From Patescibacteria group bacterium (lineage in GTDB: Bacteria; Patescibacteriota; Patescibacteriia; UBA9934): 64,000 nucleotides of DNA. The position numbers and the translations under genes are program-made. The stretch lies in assembly GCA_038064675.1 (NCBI GenBank), contig JBBTSM010000006.1, positions 7,776-71,775 on the forward strand, written 5' to 3'. Position 1 is the stretch's first letter. The number at the start of each line of letters is the position of its first letter. Positions 49,299 through 59,506 of this stretch are shown here, piece after piece. The notes under the pieces are model-generated. The model was not told where the DNA came from. It did not search any database and was given only the letters and a program-made list of their open reading frames with translations.

Positions 49299-49424
49299 TA
49301 GGACTTTCTCATTTGTGACTATTTTCGGTGCGGAGCGAGGAGAACTCGCGAAACGTACTTCGTGTGTACGTAGAGCGATTCGACGATGCGACAAGCCGAA
49401 AAGAGGCCAAATGAGGAAGTCCTA
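49299..49424 (-). repeat. ~125 bp long-hairpin repeat, family B, copy 3
   Basis: Arms TAGGACTTTCTCATTTG / CAAATGAGGAAGTCCTA; minus-strand core CTCTACGTACACACGAAGTACGTTTCG. Confidence 0.8.
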
Positions 49425-50594
49425 CTACACGGAAAGGCCTTCAGCCGCGAGGAGCTTCTGTGCACGGTGGGCGCATTCACAAATATGCCCGGCGTGATCG
49501 CCGAACACCTCGCCTTGCGACTCACCACGAGTCACTTCGTACACATGTTCCATAACAACGCCGCGCTCTGGGCCGATCGGCGTCTTTAAGAGTGCAAAGA
49601 TCACCTCGGGCGCGAGACCAGAATCGCCGAGGATTGATTTGATCCGAAGTTTTCGAGCGTGAGCCTGCCGAGCCTCACGAGCAGCGAATCGTTCTGACAT
49701 CGCCGTATGTTCGGCAAGCGCAAATGCTCGAAAGACTGGTAACGGAATAGGTCGAATAAGACCTATCCGACCAATATCGTGATCAAGCAACGCAATCGCG
49801 AGCAGCGCATCCAAATATTTCTCTACATTCAGTCCTGCTTTTCCTGCACGGGCCGCAAACACGCCGAACTCCGATTCGTTTCCAGGGGTTATAAAAAACT
49901 CTTCGACGTCGTCGTGACTCCAACAGAGCTCTGCAATGAACTTTTCGTACGCATGTTCAAGGTTGAAGCAACGAACAATCGCTGCGCGAGCCTCGGCATA
50001 CTGTGGCGCAATCACCGCGCGATCGGCGTCATCGTATGTTGCAACAATTCCAGATTGTGCAAACCACGATGCGCTGTCACCACCATGTGCCCGTCGCATT
50101 TTGTCGTAGCGATGAAGCTCGGATGACGTTGAATATTCATCTGCTCGGCGATTCAACCGAACAAATCCTTCTCTCTCCCCTACCGACCCGGATTCCGCGA
50201 CCAACAATAATCGATCCGGCTTCGCGATATTGTGCATGACGGCAAACGCACGAAACACGTCTGGAAAATCGCGAATCGCCTCCTCCGCATCGAGAAGCGC
50301 AAGGGAAAGCACAGGATCCGTCGCGATGTCCTCGCAGTCTCGCATCGATTCCCCGCTCGCGATTGCATCGATTGCGGCGAATGTTCGGATGATGTGATCC
50401 GCAACAAACGGCCCTTCGCAATGGCGCGGCGCGGTTTGCGGTGTGGTCGACAACACCGAAATCGATGGAATATCTTGTACGACCGCACCGAACCGATCTC
50501 GAGCATTGTGCAATCGAGGTTCCGTGAGCATTTCATCGATAAGAGTCTGGACCGATCGTGTGGATCGGTGCTCGGGTTTTGCAAGAAAATCCAT
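49425..50594 (-). CDS. Protein resembling the HD + tail half of CCA-adding enzymes (degenerate)
   Basis: PQTAPRHCEGPFVADH, AVMHNIAKP, GPERG. Confidence 0.55.
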   Translation of the reverse strand: MDFLAKPEHRSTRSVQTLIDEMLTEPRLHNARDRFGAVVQDIPSISVLSTTPQTAPRHCEGPFVADHIIRTFAAIDAIASGESMRDCEDIATDPVLSLALLDAEEAIRDFPDVFRAFAVMHNIAKPDRLLLVAESGSVGEREGFVRLNRRADEYSTSSELHRYDKMRRAHGGDSASWFAQSGIVATYDDADRAVIAPQYAEARAAIVRCFNLEHAYEKFIAELCWSHDDVEEFFITPGNESEFGVFAARAGKAGLNVEKYLDALLAIALLDHDIGRIGLIRPIPLPVFRAFALAEHTAMSERFAAREARQAHARKLRIKSILGDSGLAPEVIFALLKTPIGPERGVVMEHVYEVTRGESQGEVFGDHAGHICECAHRAQKLLAAEGLSV

Positions 50595-50595
50595 A

Positions 50596-51447
50596 CTAGC
50601 TCGTGAGAAGCGCCAAACGGTGAGCCGCGATCACTTCATCGACCGTTGGCAGATTTCCATCGGCATCAATCGGCTTGCCCCAACACAAATTCTGTCCAAA
50701 AGTGAAGCCACCAAACGTTTGTTGCAACGCGAGTGCTGTCGGCGTTTCTTGGATGTAGACGATTCGACCGGGCTGATAAATCACCGTTACTGGCGCTTCG
50801 GCAAAGTCTTCAGCAGCGAGAAATGAAATCGCTTCGCGAATACGAAGTGCCGGATCGGGAATCGTTACAACAATAACGCCTTCGATAACTTCCTTATTCT
50901 TCCATGCTTTCAACGCCGCCTTCTCCTCCTTTGCCTGACTAGGATCGAGCACCGCATTTTGCTCGCGATAATGTGCAATCATGCGCTTCCGATCGGCTTC
51001 TGGAACATTCTCCTTTGCCAATTCCCACACAAAGCCGCGATCGATAAGACCAACGCCACGAATAAGCACCGGATCGAATCCCGCAATGCGCAACGTCGTA
51101 TCGTCCATGTCGAACAGTGCACGAATCTGTTCTAGCGAGCTCTCCTTCTTCATTCGGTCCAGCGATTCGTACCGATGATGGTCGACAATATGCACATCAA
51201 ACCCAAGCTCACGCAGCTTGTCTTCCGTAGAAACATTCGGCATCTCCACAATAACAATATCGTGCGCAACCGGATTCGTTTCGCGAATGCGATCAATGAG
51301 GTTCGGTTCCGCATCGAGCGTTGCCCCATGCGGCTGCGCCGAAACAACGCACGGAATATGCAACGCCTCCGCAAGCGAAACAATCGTGAGCGACTCCACG
51401 TCGTTCCTTGGGGAAATGATAATGCTGGTCAGTGGATCAAGGGACAT
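50596..51447 (-). CDS. Hypothetical DHH-like protein
   Basis: VHIVDHH, SSLEQ, IDRGF; TACAAT 6 nt before ATG. Confidence 0.6.
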   Translation of the reverse strand: MSLDPLTSIIISPRNDVESLTIVSLAEALHIPCVVSAQPHGATLDAEPNLIDRIRETNPVAHDIVIVEMPNVSTEDKLRELGFDVHIVDHHRYESLDRMKKESSLEQIRALFDMDDTTLRIAGFDPVLIRGVGLIDRGFVWELAKENVPEADRKRMIAHYREQNAVLDPSQAKEEKAALKAWKNKEVIEGVIVVTIPDPALRIREAISFLAAEDFAEAPVTVIYQPGRIVYIQETPTALALQQTFGGFTFGQNLCWGKPIDADGNLPTVDEVIAAHRLALLTS

Positions 51448-51559
51448 GCGAACATTGTACCGCAATTTTTCCCCAAGACATGGAGGAAGCTCCATAAAAT
51501 CAGAACTCCCACCGCGAGGCGAGAGCCTGGGTGGGAGGGCGTTCCGCCTACGGAGGCGG

Positions 51560-51922
51560 TCAGTGGATGTTGGAGTCACTGTCGTCGCGGTCGGCGCCGA
51601 TCTGAAACACCGACGATACGTGCACGTGGCCCTTGAGGGTTCCGGACACAATACAGACCCAGTTGTCCGTGAAGTTGACGTTCTTCAACCCCGGTGCGAG
51701 GCCGTCGTTGTCCCTATCCTCCACCCACAGACCACCGCCGAGATCCGCGCAGTCCTTGAGGGCCCGCTCCTCACGGGAGAGGTTGGCGGAGGCAGTCGAC
51801 ACGAGAGACGGATTGAAAGAGCTCTTGCCGCCCGGAACCATCCGTACAAAGAGGATAGAGCCTCCGAAGCCGGTAAGGAAGATAAGGATGTGAACCACGG
51901 TATTACGACTCACAGAGATCAC
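51560..51922 (-). CDS. Orphan protein with N-terminal TM
   Basis: GC-rich ORF with upstream TTGACA-17-CATAGT promoter; start unclear. Confidence 0.4.
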   Translation of the reverse strand: MISVSRNTVVHILIFLTGFGGSILFVRMVPGGKSSFNPSLVSTASANLSREERALKDCADLGGGLWVEDRDNDGLAPGLKNVNFTDNWVCIVSGTLKGHVHVSSVFQIGADRDDSDSNIH

Positions 51923-52088
51923 CCGAAGCCATAGAGACAGGCTCCGTACCCTTCTGAGGTACGACTTGCCATATCGCTACTATGCCACAAAAAGTGACTT
52001 CTGTCAAGTATAATGGCTAACATTAGCCAAATAATAAAACACAAAATCCCCGGTTTTGGGGATGTTGTGAAGAACAATATTTTAGCGA

Positions 52089-52454
52089 TTACGCCCCTAG
52101 ATAATCTGCGAGCGCCTTGCCCTGGAGATACACATCAGTTCCCTGACCGCGATCAAGATTCACGTACCCGTGAATCTTTACTGGCGCGCCACTAGCGTCG
52201 TACAACACGTCCACGGTTTCGGATGCGACGCGGAGCCCTTCCGGCAACTCCTCGTCCACCAACCAGTACCCGTACGATTCCGGGCTTCCTCCAGAATAAT
52301 GAAGCTCTACAGACGAATCATATACCACTCTTCCTTCGGCGTCTGGACGCGAAGCCGCATGAGCTTTACGAGTAAAAGCCAGGAGCTCCGACATACGCCA
52401 GTTCTCATGCTGCCAGCCTTCCTTTCTTTCTCCAATCTGCTCGCCTGGATTCAT
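52089..52454 (-). CDS. Hypothetical protein
   Basis: 121 aa ORF directly after ileS. Confidence 0.55.
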   Translation of the reverse strand: MNPGEQIGERKEGWQHENWRMSELLAFTRKAHAASRPDAEGRVVYDSSVELHYSGGSPESYGYWLVDEELPEGLRVASETVDVLYDASGAPVKIHGYVNLDRGQGTDVYLQGKALADYLGA

Positions 52455-52463
52455 AGAATCTCA

Positions 52464-55373
52464 TTAGGTTTTCACTATTCCGATTGTAACATCCTGCTCC
52501 GCGACGCGGAACGAAACAGACGTTGCGCCTTCCGAAATCGATCCGAACTCGATGGTCGATGAGAGCGTGTCGGCTTTGATGGCGTCGCCGTGCTCCGCGA
52601 ACATGGTTTTTACTTCGTCGGACGATGAATCGATCGTGAGTGCGATGCGGTCGGCGATCGTTAACCCACCATCTTTGCGCATACCGTTTACTCGACGCGT
52701 TACTTCGCGGGCAATACCGTCGCGGATGAGTTCTGGGGTGAGATTTGTATCAACGTCCACCATCAGCTCCTCCCCCTGCATCACTACCGCTTTTCGAACG
52801 TTCACCTCATCGAGGATAACAGTGAGAATATTCTCGTCGATCTCACCAGAAGGCGTCGCGATCGTCATTGATCCGAGTGCCTGCTTTACCGCCCGACCAC
52901 TGCTATCACGAGCTTCCATCACTCGGGATACAATGGCGCGAGCCTCCCCCATTTCCTTAAGAATCGACTGCTCGATTGGCTGTACTTCTGGCCAAAGTTC
53001 CAAGTGCACGGACCGGTCGTCCGCCCCACGAGTAACAGCGAGGTATACGTACTCTGCCAAGAATGGCATGAACGGCGCGATCATCTTAGAGAATGTTTCG
53101 AGCACGGTTCGCAACGTTGCAAGCGCTTCTGCGCGATCGGCTCCGGCGTCCTTCATACGATCGCGAGATCGGCGAAGGTACCAAATGCTCAAGTCCGTCA
53201 CAAACGACTGAAGACCTCGCGTTGCATCAGAGAGCTCGTACTGCTCCAACGACTGCGTTTCGCTTTCAAGTGTTTCATTTAAGCGCGATAAGATCCATCG
53301 ATCCAACACATGTCGTGGTACCGCCGGCTCGAATGTGTCGTGCTCCTGATACAACTGATAGAAGGACAACACGTTGCGCAGAATGGTGATGAATTTCTTG
53401 CTCACCTCATCCACTCCAGACTCTGTGAACCGCAAGTTTTCTGCCTTCACCACCGGCGTGCTCATCAAGTAGAAGCGCACGGCATCGGCACTGTACTTTT
53501 CGATGACTTCTGCTGGATCTGGATAGTTCTTTAAGCGCTTACTCATCTTCTTTCCGTCCTCCGCAAGCACAATTCCGTTCACAATGACGTTCTCAAACGC
53601 CGGCTTGTCGAACAACGCGGTAGACAACACGTGAAGCGTGTAAAACCAACCACGAGTTTGATCCTGACCTTCAGCAATAAACTGCGCCGGGAACCGGCCC
53701 GCGAGCTGATCGGAGTTTTCAAACGGATAGTGCAACTGCGCGTATGGCATCGAACCAGATTCAAACCAACAATCGAGCACCTCAGGAATTCGAGACATGA
53801 TTCCGGACTCACATTTCTCGCAATTGAAATGCAGTTCGTCGACAATATGCTTGTGCAAGTTCGGTGTATCCGAAATTGGATTCACCGATCGTTTTCGAAG
53901 CTCCGCGACGCTACCGATAACAGTGATATGACCGCAGCTTTCATCGCCGCACTTCCATACCGGCAATGGCGTGCCCCAAAAACGGGAACGGGAAATTGCC
54001 CAATCACGAGCGCCTTCCAGCCACTTTCCAAACCGTCCCTCTTTCATGTTATCCGGCACCCACGTAATCGCCTTATTGTTTTCCACTAATCGATCCCGCA
54101 TTTCTGCAACGCGCACAAACCAGGAACTGGTTGCAAAGTTCAAGAGCGGCGTGTCGCAACGCCAGCAGTGCGGATAGCTGTGCGTAAATTTCAGCTTTGC
54201 AAACAACGTTCCGTGATGCGCCAAGTATTTAATGACTTCGATGTCGACAAGGCTGTACTCCCCCTTTGCCTTCACCGGGATTCCTTTCACGTGGTAGCCC
54301 TCAGCCTCGAGATATTCCGAGACCTCAGTCGCAAGCTGGCCATTCATGCCCACGTGCTGAATACCCTTTACACCAAGTTTAACGCCAAGGTTCATGTCGT
54401 CCTCACCGTATGCCGGCGCAATATGCACCACACCAGTTCCATCAGCATCGGTCACGAAGTCTGCCGCCACCACACGGAACGCGTCTTTGTGATTGGCATA
54501 CACTGGGAACAGCGGTTCGTAGGCTGAATCCACGAGATCGAGACCGGTCATTTCATCGACAGTTGAATATTCCTTTCCCGCAAACACCTTTTCGACCAAT
54601 GCTTTTGCAACAATGTACGTCTGGCTCTCAAACGACACGCGGACGTACGTCATTTCTGGATGCACAGCGAGCAACACGTTTCCTGGCAACGTCCATGGTG
54701 TTGTCGTCCACACAAGCATTCGCGATCCGGCGCACTGGCCACCGGTTAACATCGGCGCCACCGTTACAGAGATATCGGTAACGTCCAGATAGCCTTGCGC
54801 AACTTCAAAATTGCTCAACGTGGTTTCGCAACGCGGGCACACGTGCATCGCTTTCTTGCCCTCGTAAATTTTGTTCTTCTTCCAAAGCTCCGCAAACACC
54901 CACCAAATGGATTCCATGAACTCCACGTCCATGGTTTTGTACGCGTTCTCCATGTCAACCCACCGGCCAAGACGACGGATCATCTTTTTCCATTCCGCAA
55001 CATACGTCAGCACCGTCGCTTCACAGCGATCGTTAAAATTCCCAATACCGTACGCAAGAATATCTTTCTTTGATTCCAATCCAAATTCCTTCTCAACCAA
55101 ATTTTCGATCGGCAATCCATGACAGTCCCAACCCCACTTTCGCTCCACGCGATACCCCTTCATGGTCCAAAACCGTGGCACCACATCCTTCATGATGCTT
55201 CCAACAATATGACCGTAATGCGGCAACCCTGTAGCAAATGGTGGACCATCGTAAAACGTGTAATGACGGTCCATGCTTCGCTGGTCCACGGAACGTTCAA
55301 AGACGCGATGCTTTGCCCAATATTCTAAAAGATCCTGTTCTTCTTGCGCGTGAGTCTTATGCATATCAGGCAT
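52464..55373 (-). CDS. ileS: Isoleucine--tRNA ligase, type 2 (eukaryote-like)
   Basis: DGPPFATGLPHYGH, WTTTPWT, DWAISRSRFWG, CWFESGSMP, KMSKR; type-2 C-terminal domain. Confidence 0.96.
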   Translation of the reverse strand: MPDMHKTHAQEEQDLLEYWAKHRVFERSVDQRSMDRHYTFYDGPPFATGLPHYGHIVGSIMKDVVPRFWTMKGYRVERKWGWDCHGLPIENLVEKEFGLESKKDILAYGIGNFNDRCEATVLTYVAEWKKMIRRLGRWVDMENAYKTMDVEFMESIWWVFAELWKKNKIYEGKKAMHVCPRCETTLSNFEVAQGYLDVTDISVTVAPMLTGGQCAGSRMLVWTTTPWTLPGNVLLAVHPEMTYVRVSFESQTYIVAKALVEKVFAGKEYSTVDEMTGLDLVDSAYEPLFPVYANHKDAFRVVAADFVTDADGTGVVHIAPAYGEDDMNLGVKLGVKGIQHVGMNGQLATEVSEYLEAEGYHVKGIPVKAKGEYSLVDIEVIKYLAHHGTLFAKLKFTHSYPHCWRCDTPLLNFATSSWFVRVAEMRDRLVENNKAITWVPDNMKEGRFGKWLEGARDWAISRSRFWGTPLPVWKCGDESCGHITVIGSVAELRKRSVNPISDTPNLHKHIVDELHFNCEKCESGIMSRIPEVLDCWFESGSMPYAQLHYPFENSDQLAGRFPAQFIAEGQDQTRGWFYTLHVLSTALFDKPAFENVIVNGIVLAEDGKKMSKRLKNYPDPAEVIEKYSADAVRFYLMSTPVVKAENLRFTESGVDEVSKKFITILRNVLSFYQLYQEHDTFEPAVPRHVLDRWILSRLNETLESETQSLEQYELSDATRGLQSFVTDLSIWYLRRSRDRMKDAGADRAEALATLRTVLETFSKMIAPFMPFLAEYVYLAVTRGADDRSVHLELWPEVQPIEQSILKEMGEARAIVSRVMEARDSSGRAVKQALGSMTIATPSGEIDENILTVILDEVNVRKAVVMQGEELMVDVDTNLTPELIRDGIAREVTRRVNGMRKDGGLTIADRIALTIDSSSDEVKTMFAEHGDAIKADTLSSTIEFGSISEGATSVSFRVAEQDVTIGIVKT

Positions 55374-55471
55374 AGTGAGACACCGAATACTCGGGCTCGA
55401 TTAGTTTTGATGAAACGATGGTAGCAAAAAGGGGTCGAATCTTCAATATTCAATTGGGCTATACTACCCGC

Positions 55472-55933
55472 ATGACTTCCCCTTCCGTCATCTATATCGG
55501 CGCAGATCACGCCGGATATGCGCTCAAAGAAAGCGTAAAGCGCCATCTTCAGGATCGGAACATTGATGTTGAAGACCTTGGTGCTCACGTTCTTGATATG
55601 AACGACGATTACCCGACGTATGCCGCTCGGGTGGCTGGGGTTGTGCGTGAAAACCCGCGATCGCTTGGCATCCTTGTCTGCGGCAGCGCCGAAGGCATCT
55701 GTATTGCGGCGAATAAGTTCGATGGGATCCGCGCCGGAATCGGATTCTCGATTCCCGCTGCACGAAGTCTGCGAAACGATGACGATGGGAACGTGCTCTG
55801 TCTGTCTGGTCGAATCGATGCCGTCGATAAGCCCCTCGCAATCGTCGATGCGTTTATCGATACCGGATTTTCTGGTGAAGAGCGGCATGAGCGGCGCGTG
55901 AAAGAGATTTCAAAAATTGAGGAAAACGAATAA
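55472..55933 (+). CDS. rpiB: Ribose-5-phosphate isomerase B
   Basis: IGADHAG, DDYP, CGSAEG..AANK..GIRA, RHERRV. Confidence 0.92.
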   Translation: MTSPSVIYIGADHAGYALKESVKRHLQDRNIDVEDLGAHVLDMNDDYPTYAARVAGVVRENPRSLGILVCGSAEGICIAANKFDGIRAGIGFSIPAARSLRNDDDGNVLCLSGRIDAVDKPLAIVDAFIDTGFSGEERHERRVKEISKIEENE

Positions 55934-55937
55934 CACT

Positions 55938-56621
55938 ATGATCGAGGTCCTCCCAGGAATTCTCGCCCAAGACGCCACAGAGCTTCGGGAAAAACTCTTC
56001 TTCCCCGGCTTTTGGCAGCCTGGAATGACTGCACACGTGGATATTCTCGACGGAACAATGTTTGGCGCGACGTGTTTTTGTGATGCGGCGGCGATCGCAG
56101 CGGTCCCCACCTCCCCCTCCGGTCTGCCGACCATCGAACTCCACTGCATGGTCCAAAATCCCATGTCGATCATCGAACAATGGAAATCGATTGTGCCCGA
56201 AACGATTCGCGCCATCGTTCATGCGGAAATCGAAAGACCGATCGCACCAATTCTCGATCAAATTCGCGAGCTCGAGCTTGAGACTGGCGTCGCGCTGTGT
56301 CCAAGAACATCGCCAGACATTCTTGGAGATCTTCCACAGCTTCCGGATCGTGTCCTCATTATGGGTGTGGAACCGGGAGCGTCGGGGCAAACATTTCTTA
56401 GCGAACCAATTCTTGCAAAAATCCGCAGAACACGATCGCTGTATCACTCACTTACCATTGCGGTCGATGGCGGGATGAATATGGAAACCGCACCATCCGC
56501 TGTTTCGGCTGGAGCGAATGCATTCATCGCTACACACGCAATTTGGTCTGAAAAACGGCCTCACGACGCATATCAACATCTCACACACAGCACTCCGCTT
56601 CCCGGCATTCACAAGATTTGA
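55938..56621 (+). CDS. rpe: Ribulose-phosphate 3-epimerase
   Basis: HVDILDG, ELHCMV, MGVEPGASGQ, VDGG. Confidence 0.88.
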   Translation: MIEVLPGILAQDATELREKLFFPGFWQPGMTAHVDILDGTMFGATCFCDAAAIAAVPTSPSGLPTIELHCMVQNPMSIIEQWKSIVPETIRAIVHAEIERPIAPILDQIRELELETGVALCPRTSPDILGDLPQLPDRVLIMGVEPGASGQTFLSEPILAKIRRTRSLYHSLTIAVDGGMNMETAPSAVSAGANAFIATHAIWSEKRPHDAYQHLTHSTPLPGIHKI

Positions 56622-56646
56622 TATCATCATAGTAACAATATCTTCT

Positions 56647-57447
56647 ATGACTAAACGAGCATTTTCGTTCATTGGTTCTTTTGTCGCCATTGCTGCCATT
56701 ATTGGCGCGGTAGGTCTGTGGCACACAGATCGCGTTCAAGCATCGTCCACCGTTGTGTCGGGCGACTTGATCCGCGGCACATCGTTCTCCGCCGTGTATT
56801 ACATGGGCGCCGACGGTTTCCGCTATGTTTTTCCAAACGACAAGACGTATTTCACTTGGTATAGCAACTTCGACAGCGTGAAGTTCCTTTCCGACGCCGA
56901 TCTCGCAAATATCCAGATGGGCGGAAACGTCACCTACAAGCCAGGAAGCAAAATGATCAAGATTAACTCTGATCCAAAAACCTACGCGATCAGTGCAGGT
57001 GGCGTACTCCGCCACGTCACCAGTGAATCCGTTGCAACAACGCTCTACGGCAGCACATGGAACACAAAAATCGACGACGTACCAGATGGATTCTTCAGCA
57101 ACTACAGCATCGGTGCTGCGATTGAATCGTCGAGCGACTATTCATCAACAACCGAAACTGCAGCCGCAACCAGCATCAATACCGACAAAGATCTCACCGC
57201 TCCAGCAAACATCAGCATCACGAGCAACGGCTACAGCCCAATCGACGTCACGATCAGCGCCGGAGAAACCGTCACGTTCACAAACACGGACAGCGAAAAG
57301 CACACTGCAACGAGTGACGATCTCTCATGGGGCACCGGCACCATGGAAGCTGGTGGAACATTCACCCATCGTTTCTCTGAAGGAGGAACCTATACCTTCT
57401 TCGATAGCTACGACAGCGGCAACACCGGCGCGATCTACGTTCAATAA
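56647..57447 (+). CDS. Secreted protein with C-terminal cupredoxin-like domain
   Basis: Signal peptide; GETVTFTNTD..HTAT..GTYTFFD; the copper-ligand Cys appears absent. Confidence 0.7.
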   Translation: MTKRAFSFIGSFVAIAAIIGAVGLWHTDRVQASSTVVSGDLIRGTSFSAVYYMGADGFRYVFPNDKTYFTWYSNFDSVKFLSDADLANIQMGGNVTYKPGSKMIKINSDPKTYAISAGGVLRHVTSESVATTLYGSTWNTKIDDVPDGFFSNYSIGAAIESSSDYSSTTETAAATSINTDKDLTAPANISITSNGYSPIDVTISAGETVTFTNTDSEKHTATSDDLSWGTGTMEAGGTFTHRFSEGGTYTFFDSYDSGNTGAIYVQ

Positions 57448-57573
57448 AGAAGCTTTCTCATTTGGCCGATTTTGGGCTTGCCTCATGGCAAACTTGCTCA
57501 ACGTACCCATGAAGTACGCCTCACAAGATTTGCTCGATGCGCACCCAAACTCGTCACAAATGAAAAACCTTCT
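57448..57573 (+). repeat. ~125 bp long-hairpin repeat, family B, copy 4
   Basis: Arms AGAAGCTTTCTCATTTG / CAAATGAAAAACCTTCT; core CTCAACGTACCCATGAAGTACGCCTC. Confidence 0.85.
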
Positions 57574-57585
57574 GTCAGATCGGTT

Positions 57586-57619
57586 CAAAAATCACTCGCA
57601 ACACTGCGAGTGATTTTTG
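57586..57619. terminator. Intrinsic terminator
   Basis: CAAAAATCACTCGCA-ACAC-TGCGAGTGATTTTTG. Confidence 0.75.
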
Positions 57620-57639
57620 TTTCTTGATATACTTCGGCT

Positions 57640-58524
57640 ATGCCACAACGTCGACACACCATTTCCGCCATTACCGATGGCGACGTCCGCAAACTCGAGC
57701 TCATCGCGAATAGCATCCGTGAGGATATTTTAAAGATGCTTCTTACTGCGGGCAGCGGCCATAGTGCCGGACCTCTTGGAATGGCAGATATCTTCACCGC
57801 CCTCTACTTTCACATTCTCCATCACAACCCGAAGCGGCCAACATGGGACGAGCGCGATCGGTTATTTCTGAGCAACGGTCATATTGTCCCTGTTCGCTAC
57901 GCCACCATGGCACACGCTGGCTACTTCCCCATCGACGGACTCAAAACTCTACGAAAGTTCGGTTCTCGCCTTCAAGGACATCCGGAAATGCGATTTCTCC
58001 CGGGGCTCGAAAACACGTCCGGCCCGCTCGGTGATGGATCGTCGCAAGCTGTTGGCGCCGCATACGTCGCAAAAATGGATGGATCACCATGGCACACGTA
58101 TTGCGTCATGAGCGACGGCGAACTGGAATGTGGAATTACGTGGGAAGCTGCGCTCTTCGCCGCGAAAAATCAGCTGAACAATCTCACGTGGATCATCGAC
58201 CGCAACAACATCCAAATCGACGGCTATACAGAAGATATCATGCCGCTTGAACCACTCCACGATAAATTTACCGCATTCGGCTGGAATGTTCTGGAGATTG
58301 ATGGCCACAATATTCGCGACATCATCAATGCCTGCGACCGTGGAGAAAGTACCTGGGAGGCACCAACGGTCATTATCGCCCATACCATTCCCGGCAAAGG
58401 CGTCAGTTTCATGGAATGCGAGCCGAGTTGGCACGGAAAGCCACCGAAAGACCGAAAAGAACTTGGTGCAGCACTCAAGGAATTACGAACCTTAGGAGGA
58501 AAAATATCTAACGAAAGTCTATGA
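57640..58524 (+). CDS. Transketolase N-terminal subunit
   Basis: GSGHSAG, RDRLFLSNGH, LQGHP, SDGEL.., HGK. Confidence 0.93.
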   Translation: MPQRRHTISAITDGDVRKLELIANSIREDILKMLLTAGSGHSAGPLGMADIFTALYFHILHHNPKRPTWDERDRLFLSNGHIVPVRYATMAHAGYFPIDGLKTLRKFGSRLQGHPEMRFLPGLENTSGPLGDGSSQAVGAAYVAKMDGSPWHTYCVMSDGELECGITWEAALFAAKNQLNNLTWIIDRNNIQIDGYTEDIMPLEPLHDKFTAFGWNVLEIDGHNIRDIINACDRGESTWEAPTVIIAHTIPGKGVSFMECEPSWHGKPPKDRKELGAALKELRTLGGKISNESL

Positions 58525-59501
58525 CCCGTACCCCATCGTTCCTTGCACGCATCGCTCGACTCATGCTCATTACCGGCCTAGTGCTCGTCGCGCTCATTTT
58601 GCTCGCAACATATGCAAGCATGCCACGACCGTCTTCCATGATGAGCTGGTGGGATAAAACCGAACGGAACGCTGTCACAAGCTCGTCGTCCGGGAGCGTC
58701 AGTGCATCGGATTCCTTCGGCGGAGGAATGATGGGATACGCCATCGCGCCAGAAACCGCACCGGCGCCATCAGCGACTACAACAACGGACGTTTCAACAA
58801 CGACAACCGTGGATCAGCGCGTCATTAAAACAGGATCGATCGACATGACATCGAACGACGTGCCATCAACGGTAAGCCTCGTTTCGAACCTCGCAACAAT
58901 ACGGGGTGGCTTTGTTCAAACATCCTCAACGAGCGACGATGAACAAGGAAAAACCTCGGCATACATTGTTCTTCGAGTTCCTTCCGGCGATTTTGATGCA
59001 ACGATGACCGACATTAAAGGGTTTGGCGTGCATGTAAATAACGAATCGATTTCCGGTGAAGACGTCACAGAACAGTTCACCGACGTTTCCGCTCGGCTCG
59101 CCGCTGCGAAGGCGCAGGAAGAGCAATATCTCATCATTCTCAAGAGTGCCACCACCGTTGGCGAAGTTCTCGCTGTTCAAGAACATCTTGCGATTGTTCG
59201 TGCAGACATCGAATCACTTCAGGGCCAAGTCAACTACCTCACCAACCGCACCGATCTCGCAACGATCAGCATCGTGGTTTCTGAAGAGCCAACCGCAGAG
59301 ACCGCGAGCGACAGCAAATTCGATCCTGCGCGCGATGCAAACTCTGCAGTCGCTCTCGTTATTACCCTTGGTCAGCATGCACTTTCCGTGCTGATCTGGG
59401 CGGCTATCATCGGTACCGCCGTCGGCATTCCTGTTGGTCTTGTTGCATTCATCTACTGGCTCATCACTCGTCGTCGAGATGTTTCAAAGCGCAGAAAGTA
59501 A
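58521..59501 (+). CDS. DUF4349 domain membrane protein
   Basis: VIKTG, GGFV, LRVP, EDVTEQF.D, IESLQGQ, C-terminal TM. Confidence 0.85.
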   Translation: MTRTPSFLARIARLMLITGLVLVALILLATYASMPRPSSMMSWWDKTERNAVTSSSSGSVSASDSFGGGMMGYAIAPETAPAPSATTTTDVSTTTTVDQRVIKTGSIDMTSNDVPSTVSLVSNLATIRGGFVQTSSTSDDEQGKTSAYIVLRVPSGDFDATMTDIKGFGVHVNNESISGEDVTEQFTDVSARLAAAKAQEEQYLIILKSATTVGEVLAVQEHLAIVRADIESLQGQVNYLTNRTDLATISIVVSEEPTAETASDSKFDPARDANSAVALVITLGQHALSVLIWAAIIGTAVGIPVGLVAFIYWLITRRRDVSKRRK

Positions 59502-59506
59502 CTCGA

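Noticed and set aside
56103-56121. CCCCACCTCCCCCTCC inside rpe as another family A copy
   Set aside because: Only the left half is present, with no GGGGGAG arm; could be Pro/Ser codons.
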